A stretch of DNA of 64,000 nt from Octopus vulgaris (lineage: Eukaryota), in contig OX597816.1 in the NCBI GenBank assembly GCA_951406725.2, positions 160,332,001 through 160,396,000 of the forward strand, in the 5' to 3' direction. The notes under the pieces were generated by a model, which saw only the letters and a list, made by a program, of their open reading frames with translations, did no database searches and was not told the DNA's origin. How positions within the stretch are numbered: the stretch's first letter is position 1; each line of letters begins with the position of its first letter. This document shows, in pieces, positions 24,591 through 38,799 of this stretch. Made by a program: the position numbers and the translations under genes.

Positions 24591-27279
24591 AATTAACATC
24601 TTTAGCTACAGGTATTCAATGGATCAATCATTGGTTCATTGTATTTTTAGTTGATGAGATTGGCATAAATTTTATTGCTGTTTCTGACATAGTATGACAA
24701 GTTCTGATTAATCATTTGTTTGTTTTTTGCAGTTTTAAATTTATTTTTTTCACACTAGTGTATGTGTGCGTATTTTCCTTTGTCTTTGTGTTTGGTGTTT
24801 GTAAACAAACAACAGCCTCACTATCAATGCAACTGGAGTCATATGCTTGCTGTGAACCATGAAAGTAAATCTGAACTTCTTGGACATGTGTTAACATGTT
24901 GTTCAATCTTCATAAACAAAAGATACATTCAAACAGTGTCTTTGGTTCCAGTTCTGGTTCCAGTTCACTGCATAATTATGTGCAGATCATTTGTTGTTCA
25001 GTAGTCTAGCAGATTATTACCTAACTGATGATTAGTTCCAGATATATTATTGGAGAAAAGCATCCAGTTCTAAAACAATTACTTCCCTGTACTAATCAGA
25101 AAATATCAGCCTCTCTAATTCTTTGAAAAGTCATCCAGTTTTATGTAACTTATTTCTGATAAATGTCACTTGTATTTGTTTGGAAATATATCCGTTTTCA
25201 AAACACTTGCTTCAACAACTAGTGCAAATTTACCAATTTGTCTAACCTGATAGTAACATGGGATAAGTGTCTTTAAATCTGGAAAGAAAGGAGAATGGAC
25301 TAAGCTTGTAAAGAATAATACTTCACAGAACAAGATCATTTATAAGAGAGTGGAATAGTTTAACCATTTTAGAGTAATAGAATGAAATTTATCAGATTGA
25401 ATAAACAAAGTCAAGTGCCTTAGAAACAATATTATCGTGAGTTCTTATGTTGAAGAATTTCTCATTTGTGTTTATATATATATATATATATATAATCGTG
25501 CCACTTGATTTCTGTCTGTTGATTTCTTGATAAACCATAGCCAGAGTTTAGGTGGATGAATGTCTGTCTGCACTTTTAACATTTTCTGGCTAGTTTTCAC
25601 TTTATATCAGTTTCAATTCTTGCAGGATCTGTTATACATCTAAGACACACACGCACGCACACACACACACACACACAGATAGGGATAGATCTACACTCAC
25701 ACAGACATGCGCATGCATGCTCTCACAAGTGAATTTATTGCTATTCTCTGTTTTTTGGTGCTAAACAATTTATTTATGTAAAAACCAGGATACACAAACA
25801 AAAAGGGGTTTACTTTGGACAGCACGAGAGTACTTTGGTGCAAAAATTTCAAACTTTCCTTAAACAAAGATAAGATGGAGTGTCAAGCATTGTTGACAGA
25901 AATCTATTACAATCAAGGATAGATGTCCACCAAATTTAACTGCTTGTGACTTTGTATGTCAGTGCAAACCAAACATTTGTTGCCTTATAGGAAAAGAAGT
26001 GCTGTGTTGGCAGGTTGGTTGGTTGGTTGGTATGTGCTCATGTTTATTGTTGAGCTGCCCAGTTCATACCACATCAAAGTGTTTGTTTGTGTCTCCATCA
26101 CAGATCATCTGTTTCCACTTGTGTTAGTTATTCACCAATGATTCTCACTTGTACATATTAATGGCATACTTACTCAAATTTCTTTTATGTTTTTGAAACT
26201 CCTTCTTTCTCCCTCTTTTATGCACAATCCTTTATCCAGCTGAGAACAACACAGTTGCTCTGACACATGATGGCCTAACATTTTTATTTATTTGTTTATT
26301 TTCTGAGCCTGGAGGTAGCAGCAGTGACCAAAACATTTACAGGCTCTTCTAGACTAGTAAACTGTTACAAACCACCCCAGGAAAGATATGAGCAAGGAGA
26401 AGATTCCAGAAGGAATTGGGTTTTGTGATGAAGGATTGGGTATTGTGGTCAGTGTAAAGCCAATGGGATTGGATACAACAAGGATGATGAGTGGATCAGG
26501 GTCACCTAAATGGTGCACTGAATTTGCTTAAGATGACCCAGCTCTGAAGAACAGAGACCATTGTGACATTTGCATGACATGGCTTGTCCATTAAATTTAA
26601 TCTATTCATGATTTTAATTCAAGAAATATCAGCTTCTTGAAAGCTTGTTGACATTCCTCTTTCTTTCCTGTCATTAGATGAATGTGATTCTCCTCAGGCA
26701 TCTCTGATTGTGTATTCCCAGCTTATGGAGATTTCCCCTATAACTCATCCTGGTTTCAGAGTCATACAGGAGACTAGGTACAACAACTGCCTTATACACC
26801 AGTGGTTTGGTAGTTTGTTTTGTGTCATGACCTTTACATACCCATCATTTCAGACAACCAATAGTTGTACTGACACATTTAATCTGATGTTTGATCTCCT
26901 GCTCAGTATTTAAGATTACTTAGATATGGGAAATGGTCTACATTTTTACCGTATGCTCATATACCTTGATGCCTGGACCAAGTTCTTACATGTTGAAGTA
27001 AAACCTTTATTTTTTTCAAGTTGGAGTTAGACTCATGTTCTCACAAGCATTTGTGAAAATGGTGGTATTCATCTGTTGTTCTGATAAAAGTGAACTGACT
27101 GTGACAGCATCATTTGTGTTCTGAAGTTAATTTTCCAATGTAGACACGGTGGGTTTGGTAGAACAAACAGGAGAAACAGAACTTAATACATGGGGATATA
27201 AACTATTTAAAAAACATTTTTAATCAGCAGAAAGTTGCAAAGGCTGAGTGATTCATGTATGGCATTTATCAAACTTTGA

Positions 27280-27677
27280 TTGTTGCTTCTTCTCAACCAC
27301 GTAGTTCCATGTTCATTCACACTGTATGGCACCTTAGGCAAGAATCTTCTACTATTAGAATCTTCTACTAGGTAAGAATCTTCTATTATTAGCTGAAACT
27401 GACCATAGCCTTGAGAGTAGACTTATTAGATGAAAACTGGGAAAAGCCTGTTGTGTGTGTGTGTGTGTGTCTGTCTGTTTGTCTCCCAACACTTCTTAAC
27501 AACTGGTATTAGTCTGTTTACATCCCTATAACTTGGCAGTTCACTGGAGGGATCAATATAATAAGTACCAGGTTAAAAGAAAAGTACGTGGATCAATTTA
27601 TTCAACTAAAATTCTTCAAGGCAGTGCCCCAGCATGACCACAGTCTAATGACTGAAACAAGTAAAAGATAAAAGATA
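27280..27677 (+). mobile_element. SINE-B, old, with a triplicated AGAATCTTCTA
   Basis: Colinear with the copy at 24170. Confidence 0.8.
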
Positions 27678-27745
27678 CAAAATGTTAATAAATGCTCTAT
27701 TTCACATTGATAAGCCAGTTATTTGCCTTATTCAATTGTTTAGAA

Positions 27746-28024
27746 CAGTGCGACTCTGTGGACTGGTGCTGGTCTGCGAGCCATCAGGTGCCAGTACGTG
27801 GCAAACTTCCAGAAAAGAAAGAAACATTATAAAATACTTATGTAATATTGTATTATTTGTTTACAAACTAAATATAAGATAAAAAAAAAATTGTCAACTT
27901 TTATTATATTCATTATATATATTGTTTCAGGTATAAATTAATATTACTAAGAAATATTACTGGTTCCTGGTACATTGGAAAAAAAACTGCTGGTATGCCA
28001 CATCAGATAGTTTGAGAAGCACTG
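27746..28024. mobile_element. Non-autonomous hAT (Charlie-like) element
   Basis: Perfect 8-bp TSD GTTTAGAA (27738-27745, 28025-28032); termini CAGTG...CACTG. Confidence 0.88.
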
Positions 28025-28929
28025 GTTTAGAAGACCACCCAATTTTTTTTATCCACTGTAGAAATACTGGAAGGAAAATAATACACATGGACAATGAAAG
28101 TTAACAAAGAATCTCGCTTTAATACATGGACTGAACTATAACAGAAACATTATTCTGAGCTTGTCTAGTCTGCAGAATAATCTGAGGCTTGTGTGGATAA
28201 ATTAGAAATGCTTTTTGGCTCCTTCCCAATTTCTTTCAAGTGAAGATTGTTGTGGGAAGCTAATTTATCTGCTCCATGCTAGGAATGGCAGTGTTTTGAT
28301 TATAGCTAAATATGCCTCTCACCCACAATCACTGTTCTATTCTTGATCCTTCCCACCCCCATTCTACCCCCACAAGACACACACATATACACAAATTAGT
28401 TATTAATGTTGTTTGACAATCTTCTCTTTAAATCATGTTCTTACTGTTCATTACCCACTGACATTACATGCAGTTTCTCTCTCCTCTCTCATCTTTTGTA
28501 ATGTGTAACATCTAAAACACTATTAGGTGGGTTTTTTCTCATGTTTTCTTTCTTTTTTTTTTTTTTATCTAATACCAAGAATAATTGGGAAGAAAGTAAG
28601 TAGCTATGATGTAGGTTTCCTTTCATAAAATGATTTTCAGCACATAGAAATTAAGAGCATTAATTACTGCAGCCTTTTTGTTTTTGTTTTTAAATTCTTT
28701 ATGTCTGACAAATGTTGACATCCAACTTCCTCAAAGACACTCTGTGTGATTAAGAAAGGAAAAAATTCCCAAAAGATGTACATCTAGGTGTGTATATATG
28801 TGTTATGTGTATATGTTCATGTACTTTTTAATCGACTTTTAATGAATCTTTTACACTAACTTAAAGGCAACTGTTTTGACTTGGACTTTGGGTACAAGAT
28901 TGCCTAGTTAACTATGTATGTGCACACAT

Positions 28930-29324
28930 AAGTGTGTGTGTCTGTCTTTGTCACCCACCTACTGCTGCTTGACAGCTGGTTCTGGTATATCCAACCCCAT
29001 AACTTAGTGGTTCAGTAAAAGAGACTAATGAAAGAAGTACAAGGTTTAAAAACAAGTATTTGGGTTGAGCTGTTCCATTAAAATTCTTCAAGGTGGTGCT
29101 CCAGCATGGTCACAGTCTAATGACTGAAACAAGTAAAAGAATAAAAGAAAATATATATATATACAGGTGCAGGAGTGGCTGTGTGGTAAGTAGCTTGCTT
29201 CCCAACCACATATTACTGGGTTCAGTCCCACTGCGTGGCACCTTAGGCAAGTGTCTTCTACTGTAGCCTCGGACCGACCAAAGCCTTGTAAGTGGATTTG
29301 GGTGACGGAAACTGAAAGAAGCCT

Positions 29325-29361
<37 letters not shown>

Positions 29362-29570
29362 GTTTGTGTGCCTGTGTTTGTTCCCACCACCATCACTTGA
29401 TAACCTATGTTGGCTTGTTTACATCCTTTAAATTAGCAGTTCGGCAAAAGAGACTGATAGAATAAGTACTAGGCTTACAAAGAATAAGATCTGGAGTCAA
29501 TTTGTTCAACTAAAGGTGGTGCTCCAGCATGGCTGAAGTCAAATGACTGAAACAAATAAAAGAATAAAAG
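28930..29570 (+). mobile_element. Tandem SINE-B copies (partial 28930-29150; full 29165-29570)
   Basis: Head GGTGCAGGAGTGGCTGTGTGGTAAG, internal (TA)n and tails. Confidence 0.88.
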
Positions 29571-29849
29571 TAATATAAGATATATAAACATACTATTTAT
29601 AGCTTAATATATTTTTATTTTTTAGGTTTTTTTTTATAGATTTTTCTCAAAAGGGAATGAAGTTCTCCAGTGACAAATTAAACCATTATAAATATACATG
29701 TATTTTATGACACCCAAGAAGATTGGTATAAGTAGAGAATATCATAAAACTCCATGTAATCTTGAGGATTTATGCTTGTGTCAAAAGGGTAAACTTCAGT
29801 GGCATCTAAAGAACTCTCAATGCTCTTTAAAACAATTTAATCTATTATT

Positions 29850-30426
29850 TTATTCTTTTATTTGTTTCAATCATTTGACTGCAGCCATGCTGGAGCACTG
29901 CCTTTAGTAGAATGAATCCCCAATCCCCACCCCCACCCCGCGGACTTATTCTTTGTAAGCCTAGTACTTATTCTATCAGTCTCTTTTGCTGAACTGCTAA
30001 ATTAAGAGGACGTAAACACACCAATATTGGTTGTCAAGCGATGGTGGTGGGGACACAACACAGACAAACAAATATATACATATATACCGGCCGTCTGCCA
30101 GCCTTGTCTGGCACCTGTGTCGGTGGCACATAAAAAACACCATCTGAGCGTGGCCGTCTGCCAGCCTCGTCTGGCACCTGTGTCGGTGGCACATAAAAAA
30201 CACCATCTGAGCGTGGCCGTCTGCCAGCCTCGTCTGGCACCTGTGTCGGTGGCACATAAAATCACCCACTACACTCTCGGAGTGGTTGGCGTTAGGAAGG
30301 GCATCCAGCTGTAGAAACACTGCCAGATCTGACTGGCCTGGTGCAGCCTTCAGGCTTGCCAGACCCCAGTTGAACCGTCCAACCCATGCTAGCATGGAAA
30401 GCGGACGTTAAACGATGATGATGATG

Positions 30427-30466
<40 letters not shown>

Positions 30467-30620
30467 GACAGGCTTCTTTCAGTTTCTCAACTCACAAGAC
30501 TTTGGTCAGCCGGAGACTATAGTAGAAGACACTTGCTCATTGTGCCAAGCAGTGAGACTGAGCCTGGGACCATGTTGGTTGGGAAGCAAGCTTCTTACCA
30601 TACAGCCATTCCTGTGCCTA
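29850..30620 (-). mobile_element. SINE-B with element D (30087-30427, +) inserted in its internal microsatellite
   Basis: SINE-B halves flank a D copy carrying ~3 near-identical 63-bp units. Confidence 0.9.
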
Positions 30621-32138
30621 TACTTTAAAAACATTTAATTAATCGTTAATTCTGTGAAAATACAAGTTTTTGCATTTGTTCTAAGAAACAAGGCAGCAAA
30701 TATAGAAACTAAATATCTTTTGATTTGGAATAAAGGTGAAACAGTGCTAGAATCTTTAAATGACTTTGTGTGTTACTAGACCGCAGCGGTTGAACATTTA
30801 AAAAACACTTAAATAAGCTAAAGGCCAAAATAGCTACCGAATGTAATATCCCACATCATCATCATAACCATTACTGCTGTCACCACCATTACCACCACTA
30901 CTATAGCTCCAACATCGTTTTATGTCTACTTTTTGTGCTGGCATGGGTTGGATGAGTCATGACAGTCAGATTCAGCACATATTCATAGATGCTGCTCATT
31001 TAGATAAGTCAGAGACCTGTAGCATGTTCATGGTTTTCGTTTTTGGCATGGTTTCTACAGCTAGATGTACTTCCTAGTACCAACCACTTTACAGTATATA
31101 CTGCGTGTCCCCTCCAGTCCTTTTCTTTTTTTTTATTTTTGTGGTACCAGTATTAGAGAGGTATCATATCTTTCATGAAAGTAAACAATCCTTTCAATCT
31201 TTTTTGCAAGCCCAGCACTACAGAGGGAGCCATGTCCACAACACAGCTAAAGAAACCTCTTCATCCTGTATCTGCTTCCTCATATATTTCTTTACAGAAT
31301 GAGGGGCATGAAGGGCAAATAAATAGTTACATGAATGACATAATTTCTCAGTAGGTTTCAAGTCCTCAGACATTCTAGCTAACAGCATTGATTCTATGTT
31401 TCTTGACTGCAAAACATGTATGTCGAGTATGGCTTTTAGTTCTTCATATTGGAGATCTCTGGACACTCTTCTGCAACTTGTCAATATGTGACTGGTTGTC
31501 TCAGATACCCTAATATTAATAATCTACCCTTACAGATGAAGATTATTTATAACAGTCACAGCAACTGCTTTTCTTTTATATGAGTTATATTGAAAACATG
31601 ACACTATTCTAATTTAATATTTTCTGGAACAGTGGATCTTGAATTGCATAAAGCTATGAATAATGATTTCAAAATTTTGGCACAAAGCCAGCAACTTTGG
31701 GAATTGGTTAAGTCAATTACATCAACCTCAGTACTCAACTGATACCTATTGTATTGACTCCAAAAGAATTATGCTGTTATGCATTTTACGTGGTGCGCAA
31801 ACAATTCTGCCATCTTACCATTTTGTATAAAGCTATAACATGTAAATATTGAACTGAAAAATCCTTTTGGATAAAAGCTGCCCATGAGATTCAAACATTA
31901 TACCATTGAAGCAAAGCGGTCCTTTGGATTTCTCTTTCTAGTTTAGAAACTTCATTCTTATCAGTGAGAATTGTATGTTCAAAGAATTTTATGAACTTTT
32001 AAGAAAACCTGCAATAATTCTTTTTTGGAACATAGAATCTTGAAGCACAAATCTCAAAGGCTACTTTTGACTTTTTCGATCCAAAAACGTTTTTCAACCT
32101 AATATTTAATTGCTATTATTTGTCAATTGTTTGATATA

Positions 32139-32375
32139 CATGGTGGCTCAAAAGTAGGCTTACAGTTATTCAACTATCTCTTTCACATTCATATATTAAC
32201 AGTTTAGATCTTAATTATAAAAAAAATATGAAACCATTATTCTATGCTAATTTAGTTAATTTTATCAAGCTCCCTTTGTAAGTTTGTAAGATTGAAATTT
32301 AAATGTAATAAAATGTTTTAAAAGAAATCTAAAATGCCTACATGATAACTGTAAACCTACTTTTGGGCTACCCTG
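32139..32375. mobile_element. Tc1/mariner MITE
   Basis: TA|CATGGTGGCTCAAAAGTAGGCTTACAGTTAT ... ATAACTGTAAACCTACTTTTGGGCTACCCTG|TA. Confidence 0.88.
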
Positions 32376-33566
32376 TATAACTTAAAATACAGTTTTCATA
32401 TTTATGTAAAAACTGTATATTATATAAATATGACTGCTTTAAAATAGGTTTTTGTAGTATAAAATCATTGAAGATTCTCCGAGGGAGGTTGACATCAAAA
32501 TAGTTGAATGTTAACATTCATTCTGTTATTTTCCATAAATTTGCAAACCTGTTCACTCTCCACCATCACCATGGAGAATATGATTTTACTAAAAGTGTTC
32601 ACGTAACAATATAAAGAAATTAAGAATAAAAAACAAAAATAAAATTTCAGTCCTCATCTGAAATTGAACTCACATTCTTAGTCGTTGTGAAGGTTAATAA
32701 GCCACCACTACTCACTGACTTGATTCTACTGACATATTCTGGTAAATACTCTGCTTCATTAAAACTCTGATCTTAGTTGCTCTGACAGTGTTCAATTACT
32801 TATAAATGTCATGCTATCAAAACATTTCCACTCATCATTTCTCTATTAACTGTGGCAGAGGTGAGGTGAGGGTGCTATGGGATGGGAAATGGATCCCTAT
32901 CCACTTAGCCCCCACCCCAGGCCAGCACCAACTTCTTTTTTTTTTTATTATAATTATCTTTATTTTTTCAGTGATTAGGGTGAGCTGAAAGAACATGATA
33001 AGAATCTTAGCTTATCTCGACTGATCTTATTCCTTTCGTTACCCCACACGCTGATACAGTAATGCTTTAAATAGATTTATCAATTTAAAAAAAAAAATTA
33101 ATAATTAAGAAAAATGTGCTTTTCATTAATAAATGTTTTTTCTTTCATTTGTTTCCAATTTAATTTAATCTGACTCATAAACCACTAAAACCTAAGTCTA
33201 CTCCCAAATTAACTAGCAAATAAAACTTTAAAATAATTTCTAATGCGTAAATATGTCTTTGAATTGTTAATATAGGGTACAAGCAAGAACGAATGAACAT
33301 GCAGTAAAATGCCATTTGAAATAATGTGGAAACCGTTTTTTTTATACACCATATTAGCTTGGTTGTCTTATTTAAAATATTATGTCATCAAAGTTATTTG
33401 TTTGGAATTTTTTTCACTGACTTTAAAATTTTGGTCGAAACAAAAAATTCAAATATCAGAAATTCATCCAATTCCTAGCAGAACAGATGTTAAAATAATG
33501 CACAGACATGTACATATTTATGTTTATACATAAAAGTAAACGTCTGAGATGAATTGTAGCAAATAT

Positions 33567-33783
33567 CCTTTTCTACTCTTGGCACAAGTGTTGAAATTTT
33601 GGGGGAGGGGGCCAGTTGATTAGATCGACTCCAGTACACAACTGGTACTTAATTTATCGATCCCGAAAGAATGAAAGACAAAGTCGACCTTGGCAGAATT
33701 TGAACTCAGAGCGTAAAGACAGATGAAATACTGCTAAGCATTTTGCCCAGCATGCTAAGATTTCTGCCAGCTCACTGCCTTTG
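33567..33783 (-). mobile_element. SINE-A, short tail
   Basis: 13-bp TSD TTGTAGCAAATAT at 33554-33566 and 33784-33796. Confidence 0.9.
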
Positions 33784-33869
33784 TTGTAGCAAATATTATA
33801 ATTGTTTGGGCTGTTAATCTTTAGGAATGGTAACAGTTGTTACCTCTTTAACTACTACTGTAACCTCTG

Positions 33870-34230
33870 GCTGCTAAGCATGGACCGTTACCTCAAAGTT
33901 GGAAAGAAGCTTGGATGGAGCCTACACTTGTGTGTTTAGAGTGGCTTTGAATGTCACCTGGAGAGATCGTTATCTGATCAATGAGCGATTGTATGGAAGC
34001 CTTCATCCATTATTAAACATTATCAAAAAGCATAGAGTCAGATTTGTAGGGCATTGCTGGAGAGCTAAAGATGAAATTGTTAGGGAAGTTCTTGTACGGG
34101 AACCTACACAAAGGAGAGATAACAGGGGAATGACAAGTGAAAACCAATATCAAGCAGATTTTTGTAATCCCTTTAACCTACTGAATATGATGACTATTGA
34201 ATTGGATGGGGACAGGGAGTCAGGGAAATT
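33870..34230 (+). pseudogene. RTE-clade LINE, C-terminal ORF fragment
   Basis: LDGAYTCVFRVALNVTWRD..NERLYG..IIKKHRVRFVGHCWRAKDEIV..EPT matches the typical RTE C-terminus. Confidence 0.85.
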
Positions 34231-34406
34231 ATTGATATTACTTAGCCCCCAACACTTAGTTACCACTTCCAGTGTTTACTCTGTTATAAGCATACAAGCT
34301 AGATCTCTGATTTGAAGACACTGCCTTCCATCCCTCCTAACCTTCCTTCTTCCCACCACTCTTGGAGTCTCTAGAATGGGTCATGAGCCTTGCCCTTCCT
34401 TCTTGC

Positions 34407-34650
34407 AGGCACATGGCTTAGTGGTTAGGGTGTTGGACTCATGATCGTATGATTGTGGTTTCAATTCCTGGGCTGGGCAACACGTGTTCTTGAACAAATG
34501 ACTTCATTTCACATTGTTCCTGTCCACTCAGCTGGCAAAAGTGAGCAACCCTGCAATGCAATTGCATTCTGTCCAAGGGGTTAATATATGCACCATGGAA
34601 ACAAGGGAACTGACCCTATGAATCTATATGACTCAGGAAGGATCTTTACT
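34407..34650 (+). mobile_element. SINE-C, short form
   Basis: GGCACATGGCTTAGTGGTTAGG..GGTTTCAATTCC head; matches 60790-61025. Confidence 0.8.
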
Positions 34651-35484
34651 ACTCTATTTTTAACTTCTTTCCTTCCTGGCCAAGTGATTGAAAACATCAT
34701 CATCACCATCATCATGTCTGCTTTTCCATGATGGCATGGATAGATAGGATGGGATATCACAGTCAAGGATGGTTCTTTTAGATAGGTTGAAAATGTGTGT
34801 CTTGTTACGTGGTGGGTGGCATATCTGGAGTAATTAGGGTGTATAAAAATGTTAAATGTCTGCTAATTATCCTAAGAATTCCCCTTGGAATGTCAGCCTG
34901 TCTGATCATTCATAGTTAAAATAAGAGATTTTAAAAGAATCTTACTACTTGTAAGATCCTTATCATGTCTTTTGGAACCTTGCTACAGATTGCTCTTAGA
35001 ATTTTAGATTCCTAATTAACCATTATTCAGCCTCATTTAAGGATCCCTTCACTACATCAGAGATAACTAGAAGGGAAAACAATAATGAATGAAAGGGTGA
35101 TGGGGGTAGTGAAAGCCATCGAGTGAGAGAGAGAGAGAGCACAGAGAAGTGAAGGGTTGAGAGAGGAGGGAAGGAAGTAAAAATTTGTAAGCTTCAAGAG
35201 AGAAAGCATCAAGGCATTGTTCTTTGTTATTCTTTATAGAAAGCCATCATCTGTTTGGAACAAGGCTGATAGTGAACACAAATGTTTATTTAATGTCTAC
35301 AGAAGAGTGGGGGGAAGGAGAAGTGGGTAATGGCTAAAAATAACATAGGCACAGTATGCTGGAATTAGCACCCTTGGGCCTAGTACCCTTGGGCCAATCA
35401 AAAACCGGCTAAGGGACAATCTTCATAATAATCTTCATTTGTTTTAAGAGGACTGTACCTCAAATTGATTTACAACTACATGTG

Positions 35485-35625
35485 TAGTAGTAGTAGTGGT
35501 GGTGGTGGTGGTGTTGGTGGTAGTAGTAGTAGTAGTAGAAATAATAGTAGTGGTGGTAGTGGTGGTGGTGGTGGTAGTAATAGTAGTAGTAGTAGAAATA
35601 ATAGTACTCGTCATCATAGTAGTGC
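35485..35625. repeat. (GTA)n/(GTG)n compound microsatellite
   Basis: Seen directly. Confidence 0.9.
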
Positions 35626-35860
35626 TGGTGCCATTGATATGGTCATTGTTGTTTTAGTGTCTACATACCAGAAGAGTTGCAGGAGAGTCTGAAGTAATCC
35701 AGAGGCATGGTTGAAGCCAATGGTGATTTTATGAAATAAATTTACTCTTTAGTATTTCAAGATATTTTTATGTAATTTTGGTAAATATATCTGTTAAAAT
35801 GAGATGTCAATGTTATTTTCATTTTTGTATATTTTAGACGACAATTTATTCACCATACCC

Positions 35861-35898
<38 letters not shown>

Positions 35899-36136
35899 CA
35901 CACACATACAAAATATGGGGGTTTAGTTCACTGATAATCTAAACAATTAAGTATGCTAGGTAATTACTAGTGCTAGCATGGACAACAGATGTTAAATGAT
36001 GATGATGATGATGAGGAGGAGGATTGTATATTTTCAAAATGACATCGTTGGGTAAATGTGAGAAGCATGATCTGGCTAGTTTGAACATAAGAAAGGTAAA
36101 ATGTTTGGACCAGATATGGCCAGTTTAAATTCTAAA

Positions 36137-36623
36137 GAGTTAGATGCCAAACAGTTAAAAAAGAATCTTTAAATATTATAAAATCATTATATAAATGTTA
36201 CTAGTGTTGGCTATCATGAAATTAGTCTCTCATTGTTCATCTCTGTTTGCAATATTTCTTTTTTATGTCATTCACTATATTTACTGTATAACATGGTTCA
36301 TGAATTATGGAGATGCACTTGTATAGCATGTAACCTGATCTGAGATTGTATGCTGAAACAAAAACAATTGCAGCATGAAAGGTGTTTATAAGCCATTTAA
36401 AAACATTCAAAAACCATTAGATTCACTTCAACATTTAAATTTAATTTGTCAAAATGTTGCCGTTGCTTTGAGACCGTGACCTGTTCACTGACAAAATTCT
36501 GTGCTCTGTCTGTCTTTATGAATCTATATGAGTTAGATGCCAAACAGTTAAAAAAGAATGTTTAAATATTATAAAACCATTATATAAATGTTACTAGTGT
36601 TGGCTATCATGAAATTAGTCTCT
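36137..36623 (+). repeat. 94-bp direct repeat (36137-36230, 36530-36623) flanking half of a fold-back MITE (36306-36500)
   Basis: GAGTTAGATGCCAAACAG...GAAATTAGTCTCT occurs twice with 2 mismatches; the MITE half matches 59342-59569. Confidence 0.85.
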
Positions 36624-36718
36624 ATACTATATTTATACAAAAAGTTACTTTAGACAAAAGTTCTTTAGACCATAATGCATTAAAGCAAAGTGTTTTAGAT
36701 GAAAAGTCTTAGATCCAT

Positions 36719-36774
<56 letters not shown>

Positions 36775-37281
36775 ATGTGTGTAAGTACTCTGACCACATT
36801 TAAGCCCAAGATCAAGAATGCTGGAGTTCCATTATCAAAGAGGGACTAACAATTTTTAGGACCAGTAGGACTGTCAAGCAAAAAGATAAGAGGTGGCACA
36901 GAAAAGATAGACAAGAACGACCTTCTATCCAGCACCACTTGTCCCACTTGGGGAAGGAATTTCTGAGCCAAGAATTGGGCTCATCAGTCACCTCCGTATC
37001 CAACAATAATGATAAGCAAAAAATATTTTAAAAAACCTTCATCCTTGACCTTGAGAGATAGATTGGCCTTGTCCACTCTGCATTGTTGTAAAAGTGCTTT
37101 GTGTATGTATTTAGACACATGCATAAACATATCTGTGGACTGTATGTATAATATGTACACACACTACACACACACGCATTTACCTATCTGCCTACCTATC
37201 TATCTGTCTGTCTGTTTATTTATCTATCTATCTCTGTCAAACTATCCATCTATTCATCTATCTTTCTCTCTCTCCCTCCCT

Positions 37282-37328
<47 letters not shown>

Positions 37329-37679
37329 GGTAAATCTTTTACTTCTAGGTGTTAAGATGCCTTTATTCTTTGGAGTTGTCTTCTGTTTTCTCCATTACTT
37401 TTTCGTTTTTTCACTGTTTTCTATTTACTTCTGTAAATGACAAGATGTGTGTTTCGGTACATGGCATATATGTATAAACACACACACACACACATGTGTG
37501 TGTGTAGAATAGTTGATAAAGCTGTGGAGGTCTAGTTACTTGCTCCTGTTGAGAATGACATTTTAATTCTTTCCTTTATAATACTTATGAATATATAAAG
37601 ACATGTATATAGATGTGTATATAGATGTGTATATGTGAATGTATACTGACAACATAAAGGATTCTTTAACCCTTTAGCA

Positions 37680-38032
37680 TTTCAATCATTCGACTGCCAC
37701 CATGCTGGAGCACCACCTTGAAAGAATCTTAGTCGAATGAAGAGATTAGTACATATTGTATTGGTGTCAATTGCTTACGGGGAGGTAAACACACCAACAC
37801 CAGTTGTCAAACAGTGGTGGTGGGGGGGCCAACACAGATGCAAAAACTTACATACACACACACACAGACAACAGGCTTCTTTCAGTTTTCATCTACCAAA
37901 TCCATTCACTAGGCTTTGGTTGACCTGAGTCTATAGTAGAAGACACTTCCGCAAGGTGCCATGCAGTGGGACTGAACCCAGAACCATATGGTAGGGAAGC
38001 AAACTTCTTACAACACAGTCATGCCTACGCCT
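37680..38032 (-). mobile_element. SINE-B
   Basis: Colinear match to other copies. Confidence 0.8.
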
Positions 38033-38799
38033 GTCAACATTAACAATGACAAAATCAATTTACCCATTTTTTCACTGTTTTCAGAATGAATTGAAACAAA
38101 AGGTGTGTCTTTCAATGGAAATGTCATAAGGAAAGGATTAAGGGCTTCTGTTCAATTTTTTTTTTTTTGTTGGCTCAAGAGTTACCCAATTTATTCTAGT
38201 TGTTTATTCCTTTTGTCTCTCCTCTACTCTTGCTTTATTGTCCTCTACACTTCATCCTCTTTTCTTCAACCCATCTCCCTTCTATTCCACCCCCCTTTCT
38301 TACCATTGCTTAATCCAGTCATGTGACCTCTTCACCTCTCTATCTATATCATTAAGTTCAAATGAATTATGAGAAGACATTGTCCACCAACTTGTTCTTA
38401 ATCTTCCTTTCTCAAGAGCAGCTTTCATCTCTTTTTTCCTTCCTTCCTTCTCTCTTTCAGTCAATCTTTTTTCTTTCTCTCTTTCTCCTCATGTTTTACT
38501 TTACCCCCTCTATTTCTCTCACACCTACTTCTCTACCTTTCTCTTTCATTCATTAGGTACTTTGTCACTCTCATGTTTTTGTAGGAGATGATGATATCAT
38601 TTCTAGCAGATTGAACGACTGCATTAAGGTTCCCTCAGCAGCATATTTGAGTGTATTTCAGGGGGTCATTTGTTGTAGAAGGAAATTCCTAGTGGTTTGT
38701 CATTTGGCTCTCGAAAGAATTTAGGAGTTCTTTATGGAAGACAAAAGTTTAAAGTAAGAGATAAAAAGTAAAGAAATACAACTATAAATAAAAAAACAA

